Source: Clostridiales bacterium DTU033 (lineage in GTDB: Bacteria > Bacillota > Clostridia > Oscillospirales > Acutalibacteraceae). From it: a DNA stretch of 64,000 bases. The translations under genes and the position numbers were made by a program. Positions 30,001 to 39,151 of this stretch are shown here, one piece after another (within the stretch, counting starts at the first letter, position 1; each line of letters begins with the position of its first letter). The notes under the pieces are model-generated. The model saw only the letters and a list, made by a program, of their open reading frames with translations, searched no databases and was not told the DNA's origin. Location of the stretch: the NCBI GenBank assembly GCA_001513365.1, contig LFTH01000097.1:7742-71741 (forward strand), written 5' to 3'.

Positions 30001-31381
30001 CCGCGCCGATTTCGGTAATCCTCTCGTTTTTAACGCTCAGACCGGTGGTCTCTATGTCAAACACGATAAATTCTCCGCCCAAAGGCTGGTCCGAACCGCC
30101 GCGGACAATATTGGTGTCGTCATTTATGTAGTACGCTTCAACGCCGTAGAGGATTTTTATATCCATCCCGACTTTTTTTAGCTCCTCTGCGGCATTCATA
30201 GCCTCAGGGAATGCCTGGACCACCCCGTGGTCGGTGATTGCGATTGCTTTATGCTCCCATTCGGCGGCGCGCACAACCAATTCTTTGGTATCGTCAACTG
30301 CGTCAAGCGCGGACATTTTTGTATGCGCGTGGAGTTCCACCCTCTTTTTCTCCGCCCTGTCCGCCCTGATGTAGCAGGCCACAACCGCGATTGATTTCGG
30401 CTTAAAAATGTTGTCGTTCACGAAACCGTCGAATTCGTATGTGCCCGACATAAGCACGCAGGTCCCGGTCTTAATGCACTCCAAAGCGTTAATCTTCGCT
30501 TTGTCCCTGTGGGTATCCAGCCGCAGCGACGCGGTGATTGAACTTGTGTTGTCGGTGATTTTATATGTATAGCGCAGTATGGCGCCGTCGCGGAAACTGC
30601 GGACGTCCGTTTCAAACACTTTGCCCCAGACGGTGTATTTGCTACCGTACGGCTCCAACGACGACAGCGGCACCGGTTCTTCGCGGATAGCATGACCGAT
30701 AACCGTTTGTGCGGTTTCAAGGTAAATTGGGAGTCCGTTTGACGGCGGTTTTAACGGGTCGGCGGGCTTTTTCGGCTTCAGCAGGTTGCCCGACTTTTGG
30801 CTATTGAACGAATTGCCGGCGGCCAGAGCGGCCTGTTTTGCCGCCTGCATGACGTCTTTTTCCACAGCTTCCATCAGGCTGCGGTATTCTTCACTTTCAG
30901 TGTCGATGTCGGTTACCCCGTCGAATTCAAGCACAACCGAACGCCCAAAAAGCTTTTTTATAAGCATTTTAAGCGATTTGTCGGTTTTTGTGGCTTTGAT
31001 GATATTCAGCCCGCCGTGAGTCAAAGTGATGGTCATTGTTTCGTTTTTTATGTCGCAGCCGGCGCCGTCAAGAATTCCGTTGACGGCTGCGGTTTCGCGT
31101 TTCAGGTATTCCATGATATCAGAAAAACATTCGGAAGTCAGGCTGTCAGGCGGGAAAGACGGCTCAATTACAGCCGAAACCTGCAGCGCCTCCGATATGA
31201 TTTTTTCAAGCGTTTGGATAGTGCGAAAATCCGCATAAACAGAAAAAGCCAGCCTTATTGCGACTGCCCTTCTGCCAAGGTCGGCTTCAATAGATTTTAC
31301 TTCCGAATTCAAGCAGAAATCCGGAACCAGACCAAGTTCAACATATTGCCCGAAAACTTCTTTAAAACTCTTTGCCTTCAT
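27014..31381 (-). CDS. polC: DNA polymerase III PolC-type
   Basis: 1455 aa. PHP domain VELHAHTKMS, internal 3'-5' exonuclease FIVFDIETTGL, and the polymerase core. Confidence 0.97.
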   Translation of the reverse strand: MKAKSFKEVFGQYVELGLVPDFCLNSEVKSIEADLGRRAVAIRLAFSVYADFRTIQTLEKIISEALQVSAVIEPSFPPDSLTSECFSDIMEYLKRETAAVNGILDGAGCDIKNETMTITLTHGGLNIIKATKTDKSLKMLIKKLFGRSVVLEFDGVTDIDTESEEYRSLMEAVEKDVMQAAKQAALAAGNSFNSQKSGNLLKPKKPADPLKPPSNGLPIYLETAQTVIGHAIREEPVPLSSLEPYGSKYTVWGKVFETDVRSFRDGAILRYTYKITDNTSSITASLRLDTHRDKAKINALECIKTGTCVLMSGTYEFDGFVNDNIFKPKSIAVVACYIRADRAEKKRVELHAHTKMSALDAVDDTKELVVRAAEWEHKAIAITDHGVVQAFPEAMNAAEELKKVGMDIKILYGVEAYYINDDTNIVRGGSDQPLGGEFIVFDIETTGLSVKNERITEIGAVKIKNGEIADSFSTYVNPLRPISKKSTELTGITDEIVKYAPTEKQALEMFYSFCGDCDVLVAHNAAFDTSFIRAAAARSGLPYEFTSVDTVPLCRIFYPDLKNYKLDTVASHIGIEDFKHHRALDDAKALAAIFTRLIGELKKRGIISTGSINTELAGIDTRKIRPFHAIIFAKDKKGLKNLYKLISWSHLHNFHRKPRITKSKLLEHREGLIIGSGCEQGELYQAVVNGKTWDELCEIARFYDFLEIQPVANNLFLLRNGMAKDEQQLREFNRTIVSLGEMLDIPVCATCDSHFVDPSDEIYREILLSGQGFEDADCRLPLYFRTTEEMLEEFSYLGKEKAFEVVVQNTNRIADMIEEIRPIPEGIYPPHIDGAEEELQRITWSRAKEIYGENLPTVVSERLERELNAITKHGFAVMYMIAHKLVQDSVEHGYLVGSRGSVGSSFVASMAGISEVNPLPPHYYCKKCKYSEFFTKGEIGSGFDLSEKECPNCGEMLERDGHEIPFETFLGFDGDKAPDIDLNFAGEYQASAHRYTESLFGSDHVFKAGTIATVAEKTAYGYVRKYVEERGLNLTNAEIDRLVKGCIGVKRTTGQHPGGMVVVPNGFEVEDFTPVQHPADDPNSEIITTHFDFESIHNTILKLDILGHDIPTIYKYLEEYTGISVLDVPMSDPKVYQLFTSPEPLGVTKEEIDCETGTLSIPEMGTPFVRQMLLEAKPKTFADLIQISGLSHGTDVWLGNAQELIRSGKCSISEVIGTRDSIMTYLIHKGIDKKMAFQIMESVRRGKAATELTEKHFEAMEKQGVPSWYKDSCMKIKYLFPKAHAAAYVIAALRVAWYKVYHPAEYYAAYFTVRSDDVDAEPVIRGKPEVKRRMDAIRSKGKEASAREISQAEALHIVYEAMCRGIEFLPVDLYLSHSYKFLMEDGKIRLPFCSVKGLGRAAAQGIVEAREKGEFISCDDLQQRSGVSRTVVETLKELGALGDLPQTSQMSLFGF

Positions 31382-31411
31382 GGTTGACTCCTGTTTTTTG
31401 TGTCGTGAGAA

Positions 31412-32470
31412 CTAATCAAGCATTGAATCTATTTCTTTCATCAATTCATCAACTGCCGCCTCTTCGCTCACGGTTCTGACAATCTCACCTTTTTTGAAAA
31501 TCGCCACACGTCCCTTGCCGCCGGCAATGCCCACATCGGCCTCACGCGCTTCTCCAGGGCCGTTGACCACACAGCCCATTACCGCGACTTTAATCGGCTT
31601 TTTTACGTTAGCAAGCCTTTTTTCCACTTCGCCCGCAATCTTTAATAAATCAATCTCGGTGCGCCCGCAGGTCGGACAAGAGACTATTGTGGCGCGGTCA
31701 TTTCGCAGCCCCAGAGCGCACAGAAGTTCAAGACCCGCCTCGACCTCCCGCACAGGGTCGGCTGTCAGGGAAATCCGTATGGTGTCGCCAATCCCGCGGA
31801 GCAAAAGCGCGCCAATACCCGCCGCGGATTTCAGCAAGCCAGTCCTCTCGGTGCCGGCTTCGGTTACTCCAAGATGCAGCGGGTAGTCGCAGATTTCCGA
31901 AACCAATTCATAGGCGCGAACCATGGTCAAAACATCGGAGGATTTCAGCGACAGCACAATACAGTCAAAATCAAACCTTTCAAGCAATGACGCGTGATAC
32001 ATCGCGCTGTCCCGCAGCGCCTCGGCGTTGGGACGCCCGTACTTTGCGAGGATTTCCCTCTCCAGCGAGCCAGAATTCACTCCAATCCTTATCGGAATAC
32101 CCCGCCTTCTGCATTCGTCAGCCACCGCTTTAATTCTGCTTTCATCTCCGATATTTCCTGGGTTTATCCGTATTTTGTCTGCGCCGGCGGCCGCCGCTTC
32201 CAGCGCGAGTTTGTAGTCAAAATGTATATCGGCAACTATCGGAATATTTACAGCTTTTTTGAGCTTAGGTATCAAAGCCACCGCGCCGATGTCGGGGATT
32301 GCGGTGCGCAGAATTTCGCACCCGGCGCGCTCAAGCGCTTTTGCTTGTTCGACACAGCCCTGAATATCGCAGGCAGGCTTGCTTATCATCGACTGGACAG
32401 TGATTTGGCTGTCCCCGCCGATGGCAACCCCGCCGACCATCACCTTGCGGGTTTTTCTTCTGCTTATCAT
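31412..32470 (-). CDS. ispG: 4-hydroxy-3-methylbut-2-enyl diphosphate synthase
   Basis: 352 aa GcpE. Fe-S cysteines in CPTCGR and GCVVNGPGE. Confidence 0.93.
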   Translation of the reverse strand: MISRRKTRKVMVGGVAIGGDSQITVQSMISKPACDIQGCVEQAKALERAGCEILRTAIPDIGAVALIPKLKKAVNIPIVADIHFDYKLALEAAAAGADKIRINPGNIGDESRIKAVADECRRRGIPIRIGVNSGSLEREILAKYGRPNAEALRDSAMYHASLLERFDFDCIVLSLKSSDVLTMVRAYELVSEICDYPLHLGVTEAGTERTGLLKSAAGIGALLLRGIGDTIRISLTADPVREVEAGLELLCALGLRNDRATIVSCPTCGRTEIDLLKIAGEVEKRLANVKKPIKVAVMGCVVNGPGEAREADVGIAGGKGRVAIFKKGEIVRTVSEEAAVDELMKEIDSMLD

Positions 32471-32497
32471 TTTAATTCACCTGATTTTAACTCAATT

Positions 32498-33622
32498 TCA
32501 CCCTGTAATCAGCCTTAAAATATCGTTGAAGGTGATGATAACCAGCAGGATTAGCAGGAGCACAAATCCTATTGCGTGAACCATGCCCTCATATTCCGGC
32601 TTTACAGGGCGACGGAAAACAAACTCGTATAACAAAAACATCAGCCGTCCGCCGTCAAGCGCCGGAAGCGGAAGAAGATTGAGCAATCCGATATTCACCG
32701 TAAGCAGGGAGACCAGCAGCAGCAGCGGGTACAGCCCGTCCCTTATATCCTCCTGCTGCGCTGCGTTTTCCACAACACTGCCGATAACGTCCACCGTTCC
32801 GACCGGGCCGTAAAGCTGGTTTAAGCCGTATTTGCCGGTGATTATGTCTCCGAGGCTTCGCCAAATCATGGTGGCAAGCGAAAATTCGGTTTTGGCGGAT
32901 TGAACTATTGTAGATAAAGGTGTACGGGGAATTCCCTTTACAGCAAAATCATATATAAGATACTGTCTGCCGGTGTTTTCGTCAATCCCGGTTTTGAATT
33001 TTACATCGTTCAGCGTTACCTTTTTGAGTTTGTCATCCGCTTTTCGGCGTACCACGATATCCATCACGCCGTCCTCGTCGCTTTGCATGAGCATTGCGAT
33101 ATCGTGGTCGGTGAAAACACGTTTGCCGTTGATGCTTAAGATTTCATCCCCTGCGCGCAGCCCGGTCTCATATGACGTCGCGGTTTCCGGAAGATAGGAT
33201 ATTGTGGTGCTCGAAAACGCAACCCTGCCGTTCTCGTCGGGTTTTATGCAGGTAGTGAATAAGATTACCAGCAGTAAAAAGCACAGGACAAGGTTCATAG
33301 CAACGCCGGCAATAATGATTATGAACCGCTGCCATAATTTTCTGCTGTTGAACGACTGCGGATGGCTGCTTTCGGAGTCTTCCCCCTCCATTGAGCAAAA
33401 GCCGCCTATCGGAAACAGCCTGATTGAGTATTTTGTCCGGTTTTCGCCCTTGCCGAATATAAAAATCTTGGGGCCCATTCCTATTGCAAATTCGTTTACC
33501 TTTACGCCAAAGAGCTTTGCAGCGGCGAAGTGGCCCAGTTCGTGGACAAGCACGATAACCCCAAACACAAATATACCGGCAAGTATTTTCAACACGGTAA
33601 ACAGGAAATCTATTGTACTCAC
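32498..33622 (-). CDS. rseP: RIP metalloprotease RseP (site-2 protease, M50)
   Basis: HELGH in the first TM, a PDZ-like middle region, and NLLPLPALDGG. GTG start overlapping the dxr stop. Confidence 0.88.
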   Translation of the reverse strand: MSTIDFLFTVLKILAGIFVFGVIVLVHELGHFAAAKLFGVKVNEFAIGMGPKIFIFGKGENRTKYSIRLFPIGGFCSMEGEDSESSHPQSFNSRKLWQRFIIIIAGVAMNLVLCFLLLVILFTTCIKPDENGRVAFSSTTISYLPETATSYETGLRAGDEILSINGKRVFTDHDIAMLMQSDEDGVMDIVVRRKADDKLKKVTLNDVKFKTGIDENTGRQYLIYDFAVKGIPRTPLSTIVQSAKTEFSLATMIWRSLGDIITGKYGLNQLYGPVGTVDVIGSVVENAAQQEDIRDGLYPLLLLVSLLTVNIGLLNLLPLPALDGGRLMFLLYEFVFRRPVKPEYEGMVHAIGFVLLLILLVIITFNDILRLITG

Positions 33623-34839
33623 CTCTTGATTTTTTTCGCCTTCGCGATTGTATCTTCGCGCACCATTCTGTCAACTTCAAGTATCTGCTCAACCCTGCCG
33701 CCAAATTCAGGCAGGCTGTATTCAAGCGAACTCTCGACAAGCCTTGTTATATCCATAAACCCGATTTTATTCTCAAGAAAAAGCGCAACTGCCGCCTCGT
33801 TTGCCGCATTCACCGCCGCGGGATAAAGGCCGCCCGTCGCAACCGCTTTGCGGCAAACCTCAATGCCCCTGAAGGTCCTTAAATCCGGCGGGTAAAAACT
33901 GAGGGCGCCCAGCTCTGTCAAGTCTAAAGGCTTTACATCACATTCAAGCCGAAACGGCCATGTAATCGCATATTGGATTGGGATTTTCATGTCGGGGACG
34001 CCGAGCTGAGCTAATACCGAGTTGTCGCTGAACTCCACTATCGAGTGGACAATGCTCTCTCGGTGGATTACGACGTCAATATTTTCTGCCTTAACGTCGA
34101 ACAGCCATCTTGCCTCGATGATTTCAAGCCCCTTGTTCATCATGGTGGCTGAATCTATAGTGATTTTCGAGCCCATTTTCCAGTTCGGGTGGCGCAGGGC
34201 TTCCTTTGGACTGACAAATTCAAGCTCCTGCTCGGATTTTCCGAAAAACGGCCCGCCCGACGCGGTTAAAATCAGCCGTTTTACCGCCCTGTTCGGAGGC
34301 GAGCATTGCAGGCACTGGAATATTGCCGAATGTTCGCTGTCCACCGGTATCAGCTTCACGCCGCTGCGTTCAGCCGCGTTTATTACTACCGGACCTCCGG
34401 CGACCAGCGTCTCCTTGTTCGCCAGAGCGACATTATGCCCCGCGTTGATTGCCGCCAGTGTCGGCATAAGGCCAATCATCCCGACAACAGAATTCAGCAC
34501 AAGGTCGGTATCGGCGGCGGCGGCTTCGCACAGCCCGTCCATTCCCGTGCTCACTTTTACAGGCAAATCCCTGACGCGTTGTTTTAAGTCGGCTGCTGCC
34601 TGTTCACTAAATAAAACGGCAAGCGAAGGCCTGAACCGCCTTATCTGCCGCTCAATCAGTTCGACATTGGAGTGCGCCGCGAGGGCTGTAATCGTACAGC
34701 CGAGTTTTTCCGCAACTTCAAGCGCATTTGTACCGATGGAACCGGTTGAGCCGAGTATTGTCAAACGCTTGCCTTTGAAATCCATATTTATATAATCTGC
34801 ACTTTTGACCTCGCAGATATTCTCATCAACAACAGTCAT
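33619..34839 (-). CDS. dxr: 1-deoxy-D-xylulose 5-phosphate reductoisomerase
   Basis: ILGSTGSIG, LTASGGPF and NKGLE. ATG 34839 has GAAGGGA 9 nt upstream. The ORF opens at TTG 34857, and ATG 34785 is also possible. Confidence 0.92.
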   Translation of the reverse strand: MTVVDENICEVKSADYINMDFKGKRLTILGSTGSIGTNALEVAEKLGCTITALAAHSNVELIERQIRRFRPSLAVLFSEQAAADLKQRVRDLPVKVSTGMDGLCEAAAADTDLVLNSVVGMIGLMPTLAAINAGHNVALANKETLVAGGPVVINAAERSGVKLIPVDSEHSAIFQCLQCSPPNRAVKRLILTASGGPFFGKSEQELEFVSPKEALRHPNWKMGSKITIDSATMMNKGLEIIEARWLFDVKAENIDVVIHRESIVHSIVEFSDNSVLAQLGVPDMKIPIQYAITWPFRLECDVKPLDLTELGALSFYPPDLRTFRGIEVCRKAVATGGLYPAAVNAANEAAVALFLENKIGFMDITRLVESSLEYSLPEFGGRVEQILEVDRMVREDTIAKAKKIKR

Positions 34840-34866
34840 TATACCCTGTCCCTTCAAAACAGCGCT

Positions 34867-35685
34867 CTATGCGACCAGCGGAAAGTAATGGACAACGATA
34901 TAAAAGAACGGCGCGGTGAGAAGAAGGCTGTCAAACCTGTCCATCATTCCGCCATGGCCGGGTATGATGTTGCCAAAGTCCTTGACATGGTGCTGGCGCT
35001 TAATCAAGGAGGCGAATAAATCCCCGAACACCGGCAAAGGCGCGGATACAAGGGCAAGCAGTGCGACCTGCCAGATAATTATGCCTGCGCTTTCCCTTAC
35101 GGCGAGGTTTTGATACAGCACACCGGTCAGAACAGCGCTTATTACTGAAACGATTATCCCGCCGATAAGCCCTTCCACAGTTTTCTTCGGGCTGATTGCG
35201 GGGCAGAGCTTGCGCTTGCCGAAAAAAGTGCCGATAAAATAAGCGCCCATATCGCTCATCCAAGTGACTATTATCGCGAGCAGCACATAGAACAGCCCGT
35301 ATTCGTTAAACTTGCGCAGGTAAATAAGGCAGGAAAATGAAAATGGCAGAAATGTGGACATAAAAAAAACAAAGCCGGTCTGCTCAATCTGCTGAGTCTG
35401 ATGATAACGGATTTGAAGGCAGACTAAAACCAACAGATATGAAAAAACAGCAATCAAGCCGGGCAAAAAATTGTTAAACAGGCTCGTCAAAGGGATAATG
35501 GCGGAGTATATCACCGAAGTAAGCGTAATCCATTTGTTGGCGGGGGTATCGGTCTTGGTAACCAGCTCGGCCACCGCCGTTGCGGATATGACGAGCACGG
35601 CAAAAGTCAGCGCTATCGGCGGAAGCAGCAGCACCACAGCCATCAATGAGAGGCCGATAGCCCCCCCGATAATTCTCGGCTTCAT
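34867..35685 (-). CDS. cdsA: phosphatidate cytidylyltransferase
   Basis: Polytopic protein with signature SLIKRQHHVKDFGNIIPGHGGMMDRFDS. ATGA overlap with the uppS stop. Confidence 0.88.
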   Translation of the reverse strand: MKPRIIGGAIGLSLMAVVLLLPPIALTFAVLVISATAVAELVTKTDTPANKWITLTSVIYSAIIPLTSLFNNFLPGLIAVFSYLLVLVCLQIRYHQTQQIEQTGFVFFMSTFLPFSFSCLIYLRKFNEYGLFYVLLAIIVTWMSDMGAYFIGTFFGKRKLCPAISPKKTVEGLIGGIIVSVISAVLTGVLYQNLAVRESAGIIIWQVALLALVSAPLPVFGDLFASLIKRQHHVKDFGNIIPGHGGMMDRFDSLLLTAPFFYIVVHYFPLVA

Positions 35686-36419
35686 TTAACTCCTCCAAAC
35701 CTGCGGTTTCTTTTTGCGTATTCGCGCAGAGCCTTGTCGAGGTCTGCCGGCTTGAAATCCGGCCACAGTACATCCGTAAACACATATTCGGAATATGCCG
35801 ACTGCCACAAAAGGAAATTGGAGGTGCGGTACTCGCCGCTGGGCCTGATAATCAAATCGGGGTCGGGCTGGCCAGCTGTGTATAAATACTTTTGGAGCAG
35901 CTCCTCCCCTATATCTTCAGGGGAAAGGCGGCCTTCCGCCACTTCTTTGGCTATACTCCTAGCGACGCGGGTCAGTTCCTCGCGCCCCCCATAGTTTAAA
36001 GCGATATTAAGGCATAAACCTGTTTTATCCTTTGTGAGCTCCTCCGCTTTCTTTATCAGCTCTCTGATTTCAGGCGAAAGCGGGGAAATATCGCCGATAA
36101 ACCTTGTTTTTATATTTTCGCTCTTAAAATCAGACAGCGATTCCTCCAGATATTCCTTTAATAGCGCCATAAGACTGTCGACCTCGGATTGGGGCCTTTT
36201 CCAGTTTTCGGTTGAAAAAGCGTATACGGTAAGGCATTTAATCCCTATTTTTTCACAGTATTTAGTAATCTTTCTGAAAGTTCTGGCACCGTACCTGTGG
36301 CCGACCTGACGGGGCAGCGAACGTTTTTCCGCCCATCTGCCGTTGCCGTCCATAATAATCCCGATATGCGCCGGCAGGGCATCTGGCGGCAGCGGCTTCT
36401 GTTTGCGTCTGAAAAACAA
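35682..36419 (-). CDS. uppS: undecaprenyl diphosphate synthase
   Basis: HIGIIMDGNGRWA, FSTENWKRP and RTSNFLLWQ. TTG start with GGAGTG 7 nt upstream. Confidence 0.93.
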   Translation of the reverse strand: MFFRRKQKPLPPDALPAHIGIIMDGNGRWAEKRSLPRQVGHRYGARTFRKITKYCEKIGIKCLTVYAFSTENWKRPQSEVDSLMALLKEYLEESLSDFKSENIKTRFIGDISPLSPEIRELIKKAEELTKDKTGLCLNIALNYGGREELTRVARSIAKEVAEGRLSPEDIGEELLQKYLYTAGQPDPDLIIRPSGEYRTSNFLLWQSAYSEYVFTDVLWPDFKPADLDKALREYAKRNRRFGGVK

Positions 36420-36468
36420 ACAGTTTCACTCCAAATCAATAATAGTCTTTCCGAGCATATTATATGCT

Positions 36469-37023
36469 TCAGATTTCCATGATTTCCTCTTCTTTTTTGG
36501 CGGCAATGCTGTCAATCTCGTCGCAATACTTGTCGGTCAGCTCCTGTATTTTCTTTTCGGCGATTTTCATGTCGTCTTCGGTTATTTCGCTTTTCTTTTT
36601 CATCTCTTTGAACTTGTCCATCGCGTCCCTGCGGATTGACCTTATCGCGACTTTGCTGTCCTCGGCGTATTTCGCGACGTTCCTAACAATCTGGCGGCGT
36701 CTTTCCTCTGTCAGCGGAGGGAAAATCAGGCGGATTGAGCCGCCGTCGTTCTGAGGGTTGATGCCGATATCGGAAGCCTGAATTGCCCTTTCGATATACT
36801 TTAATACCGATTTGTCCCATGGCTGAATTAAGATTGTGCGCGCGTCAGGCACGGATACCGCAGACACCTGATTAATCGGAGTGGGCACCCCGTAGTAGTC
36901 GACCTTAATCTTGTCGAGAACTGCCGGGTTTGCACGACCCGCGCGTATGCCGGCATACTCGCTGACCAGCACCCCTACGGTTTTGCTCATTCTTTCTTCA
37001 GCATTAGTCAGAATTGCATCCAT
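36469..37023 (-). CDS. frr: ribosome recycling factor
   Basis: 184 aa, typical Frr sequence and position after pyrH. Confidence 0.95.
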   Translation of the reverse strand: MDAILTNAEERMSKTVGVLVSEYAGIRAGRANPAVLDKIKVDYYGVPTPINQVSAVSVPDARTILIQPWDKSVLKYIERAIQASDIGINPQNDGGSIRLIFPPLTEERRRQIVRNVAKYAEDSKVAIRSIRRDAMDKFKEMKKKSEITEDDMKIAEKKIQELTDKYCDEIDSIAAKKEEEIMEI

Positions 37024-37028
37024 GGTTA

Positions 37029-37745
37029 TTATACCTCCTTGACAATTGTTCCAATATCATCGCCATTGATTGCACGGACTATGTTTTTGGGGTCGCTTAA
37101 GTTGAATACCAGAATGGGTATCGCGTTGTCGCGGCAAAGCGTGGCGGCGGTGGAATCCATAACCTTGAGTCCAAGGTTCAGCAAATCAAGGTATGACAGG
37201 GAATCGAACAAAACGGCGTTGGCGTTCTGCTTCGGGTCGCTGTCGTATATTCCGTCAACCATGCTTGCTTTGAGTATGATGTCAGCCTCGATTTCGGCGG
37301 CGCGCAGGGCTGCCGCGGTATCGGTTGAAAAGAACGGGTTGCCCGTGCCGCATGCGAATATTACCACCCGCCCTTTTTCAAGGTGCCTGACTGCCCTGTT
37401 GCGTATATAGGGCTCGGCAACCTGGTTCATCCCAATAGCGGTTTGAACGCGTACTACACAGTTCAGCTGCTCTAATGCGTCCGCAAGCGCCAAAGCGTTG
37501 ATTGTGGTGGCCAGCATTCCCATGTGGTCGGCGCGGGTCCTGTCCATCTGGCCGCTGGTGCGGCCCCTCCAGAAATTGCCCCCGCCAACAACGATTGCGA
37601 TTTCGACGCCCGCGTCCACGCAGACTTTGATTTCCCTGCATATTTTAAGCACCGTATCAAAGTCCAGACCGAAATTGTTTTCGCCTGCCAGCGCTTCCCC
37701 GCTGAGCTTCAATAAGACCCTTTTATACTTTGGCTGCATCTTCAT
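37029..37745 (-). CDS. pyrH: UMP kinase
   Basis: [12 protein letters not shown] and [13 protein letters not shown] 37745 has GGAAAGG 5 nt upstream. Confidence 0.95.
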   Translation of the reverse strand: MKMQPKYKRVLLKLSGEALAGENNFGLDFDTVLKICREIKVCVDAGVEIAIVVGGGNFWRGRTSGQMDRTRADHMGMLATTINALALADALEQLNCVVRVQTAIGMNQVAEPYIRNRAVRHLEKGRVVIFACGTGNPFFSTDTAAALRAAEIEADIILKASMVDGIYDSDPKQNANAVLFDSLSYLDLLNLGLKVMDSTAATLCRDNAIPILVFNLSDPKNIVRAINGDDIGTIVKEV

Positions 37746-37953
37746 CAAAGCCTTTCCATCTCTTGCTATTCAGTTTTTATCCGCCGCGACCGGCTGGATA
37801 TATTCTCCGTATATTTTACACTATTAAACCAGTTGTGTAAAGCCGGCAAAGGTGTCAAATCTGTAAATTTTACTCGGTTTTAAAGCTCAACCGCCTGCTT
37901 TCCGGCCGTATGGCTGGTTTTATCTTTATACGGCGCGGATTATAAAAAAGCGC

Positions 37954-37980
37954 AAAAAAACACCGGCTTGCTGCAGCCGG
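37954..37980 (-). terminator. intrinsic terminator ending the polyamine operon
   Basis: - strand ccggct-gcagca-agccgg (37980-37963), then tgtttttttgcgctttttt, directly after the decarboxylase stop. Confidence 0.65.
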
Positions 37981-37987
37981 CGCTTTA

Positions 37988-39127
37988 TTAAGACAACCTG
38001 TTTTTAAAATCCTCATAGCCGAATGATTTTACAAGCTCTATTCCGCCGGCCTTTTTTGCAACCGCGATGGAAGGCAGCCCAATGCCGTTGAAGGTGTTGT
38101 TTTTGACCATGGTATAATGCGCCATGTCCTCAAAAACAATCCTATCCCCTTCTTTAAGCGGCTCATCGAATGAATAATCCCCGATGACGTCACCGGCAAG
38201 ACAGGAAATACCGCCGAGACGGTAGGTGTGCGGCTTTTCATGCGGCAGGCCGCTGCCGGGCACAGAAGGCCGGTACGGCACTTCCAGAACATCGGGCATG
38301 TGGCAGGTGGCGGAGGTATCTAGAATTGCGATTTTCACGTCCAAATCCAGAATATCCTTAACAGTCGCGATAAGATAACCGGCATTGAGAGCCACCGCTT
38401 CCCCCGGCTCCAGATATACGGTCAGCCCGTAAGTCTCCTGTACCCGGTTGATTTCGGATATCAGGGTGTCAATGTCGTAGTCGTCGCGGGTGATGTGGTG
38501 CCCGCCACCCATATTAAGCCAGCGGATTTTTTTGAGGTATTCCCCGAATTTCTCTTCGACCGCGGAGAGAGTTATGACCAGCGCGTCCGCGTTCTGCTCA
38601 CACAGGGTGTGAAAATGAAGCCCGGTAATGCCTTCCGGCAAATCCCCTTTAAGCCCGCTTACCGGTACCCCAAGCCTTGAGCCGGGAGCGCACGGGTCGT
38701 ATTTTGGGTGCTGCTGGGTCGAACATTCGGGGTTAATCCTTATACCGCAGTAACAGCCGGCTTTTTGCGCCGTATCCTTGAATTTTTTCCACTGGCTGAA
38801 AGAGTTGAACACTATATGGTCGCAGATTTCTGCAATCTCGTCGAACTCGTCCTCAAGGTATGCCGGCGAATATATGTGGTTCTCGCCCCCCATTTTCTCA
38901 TATCCCAGCTTCGCCTCGTACAGGCCGCTGGCGGTTGTGCCCTGAAGGTATTCGCTGATTAACGGATACAGCGAGTACATCGAAAACGCTTTCTGAGCCA
39001 GCAGTATTTTACATCCGGTGCTGGTTGCGACTCTTTTCAGTATTGCGAGGTTATGCTGCAGATTTGCCTCGTCCACAACATAACAAGGCGTTTTAAGCGA
39101 ATTAATGTCAAAATTCAAATCCATCAA
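37988..39127 (-). CDS. nspC: carboxynorspermidine/carboxyspermidine decarboxylase
   Basis: 379 aa PLP-dependent alanine-racemase-fold decarboxylase. N-terminus has TPCYVVDE. Paired with the saccharopine-dehydrogenase-fold gene upstream, as in known CASDH-CASDC pairs. Confidence 0.82.
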   Translation of the reverse strand: MMDLNFDINSLKTPCYVVDEANLQHNLAILKRVATSTGCKILLAQKAFSMYSLYPLISEYLQGTTASGLYEAKLGYEKMGGENHIYSPAYLEDEFDEIAEICDHIVFNSFSQWKKFKDTAQKAGCYCGIRINPECSTQQHPKYDPCAPGSRLGVPVSGLKGDLPEGITGLHFHTLCEQNADALVITLSAVEEKFGEYLKKIRWLNMGGGHHITRDDYDIDTLISEINRVQETYGLTVYLEPGEAVALNAGYLIATVKDILDLDVKIAILDTSATCHMPDVLEVPYRPSVPGSGLPHEKPHTYRLGGISCLAGDVIGDYSFDEPLKEGDRIVFEDMAHYTMVKNNTFNGIGLPSIAVAKKAGGIELVKSFGYEDFKNRLS

Positions 39128-39151
39128 AAATCTGGCCTTTCGGAAAACTGT

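Noticed and set aside
34022-34795. 257-aa ORF antisense to dxr
   Set aside because: Shadow ORF with Ser/Ala-rich low complexity.
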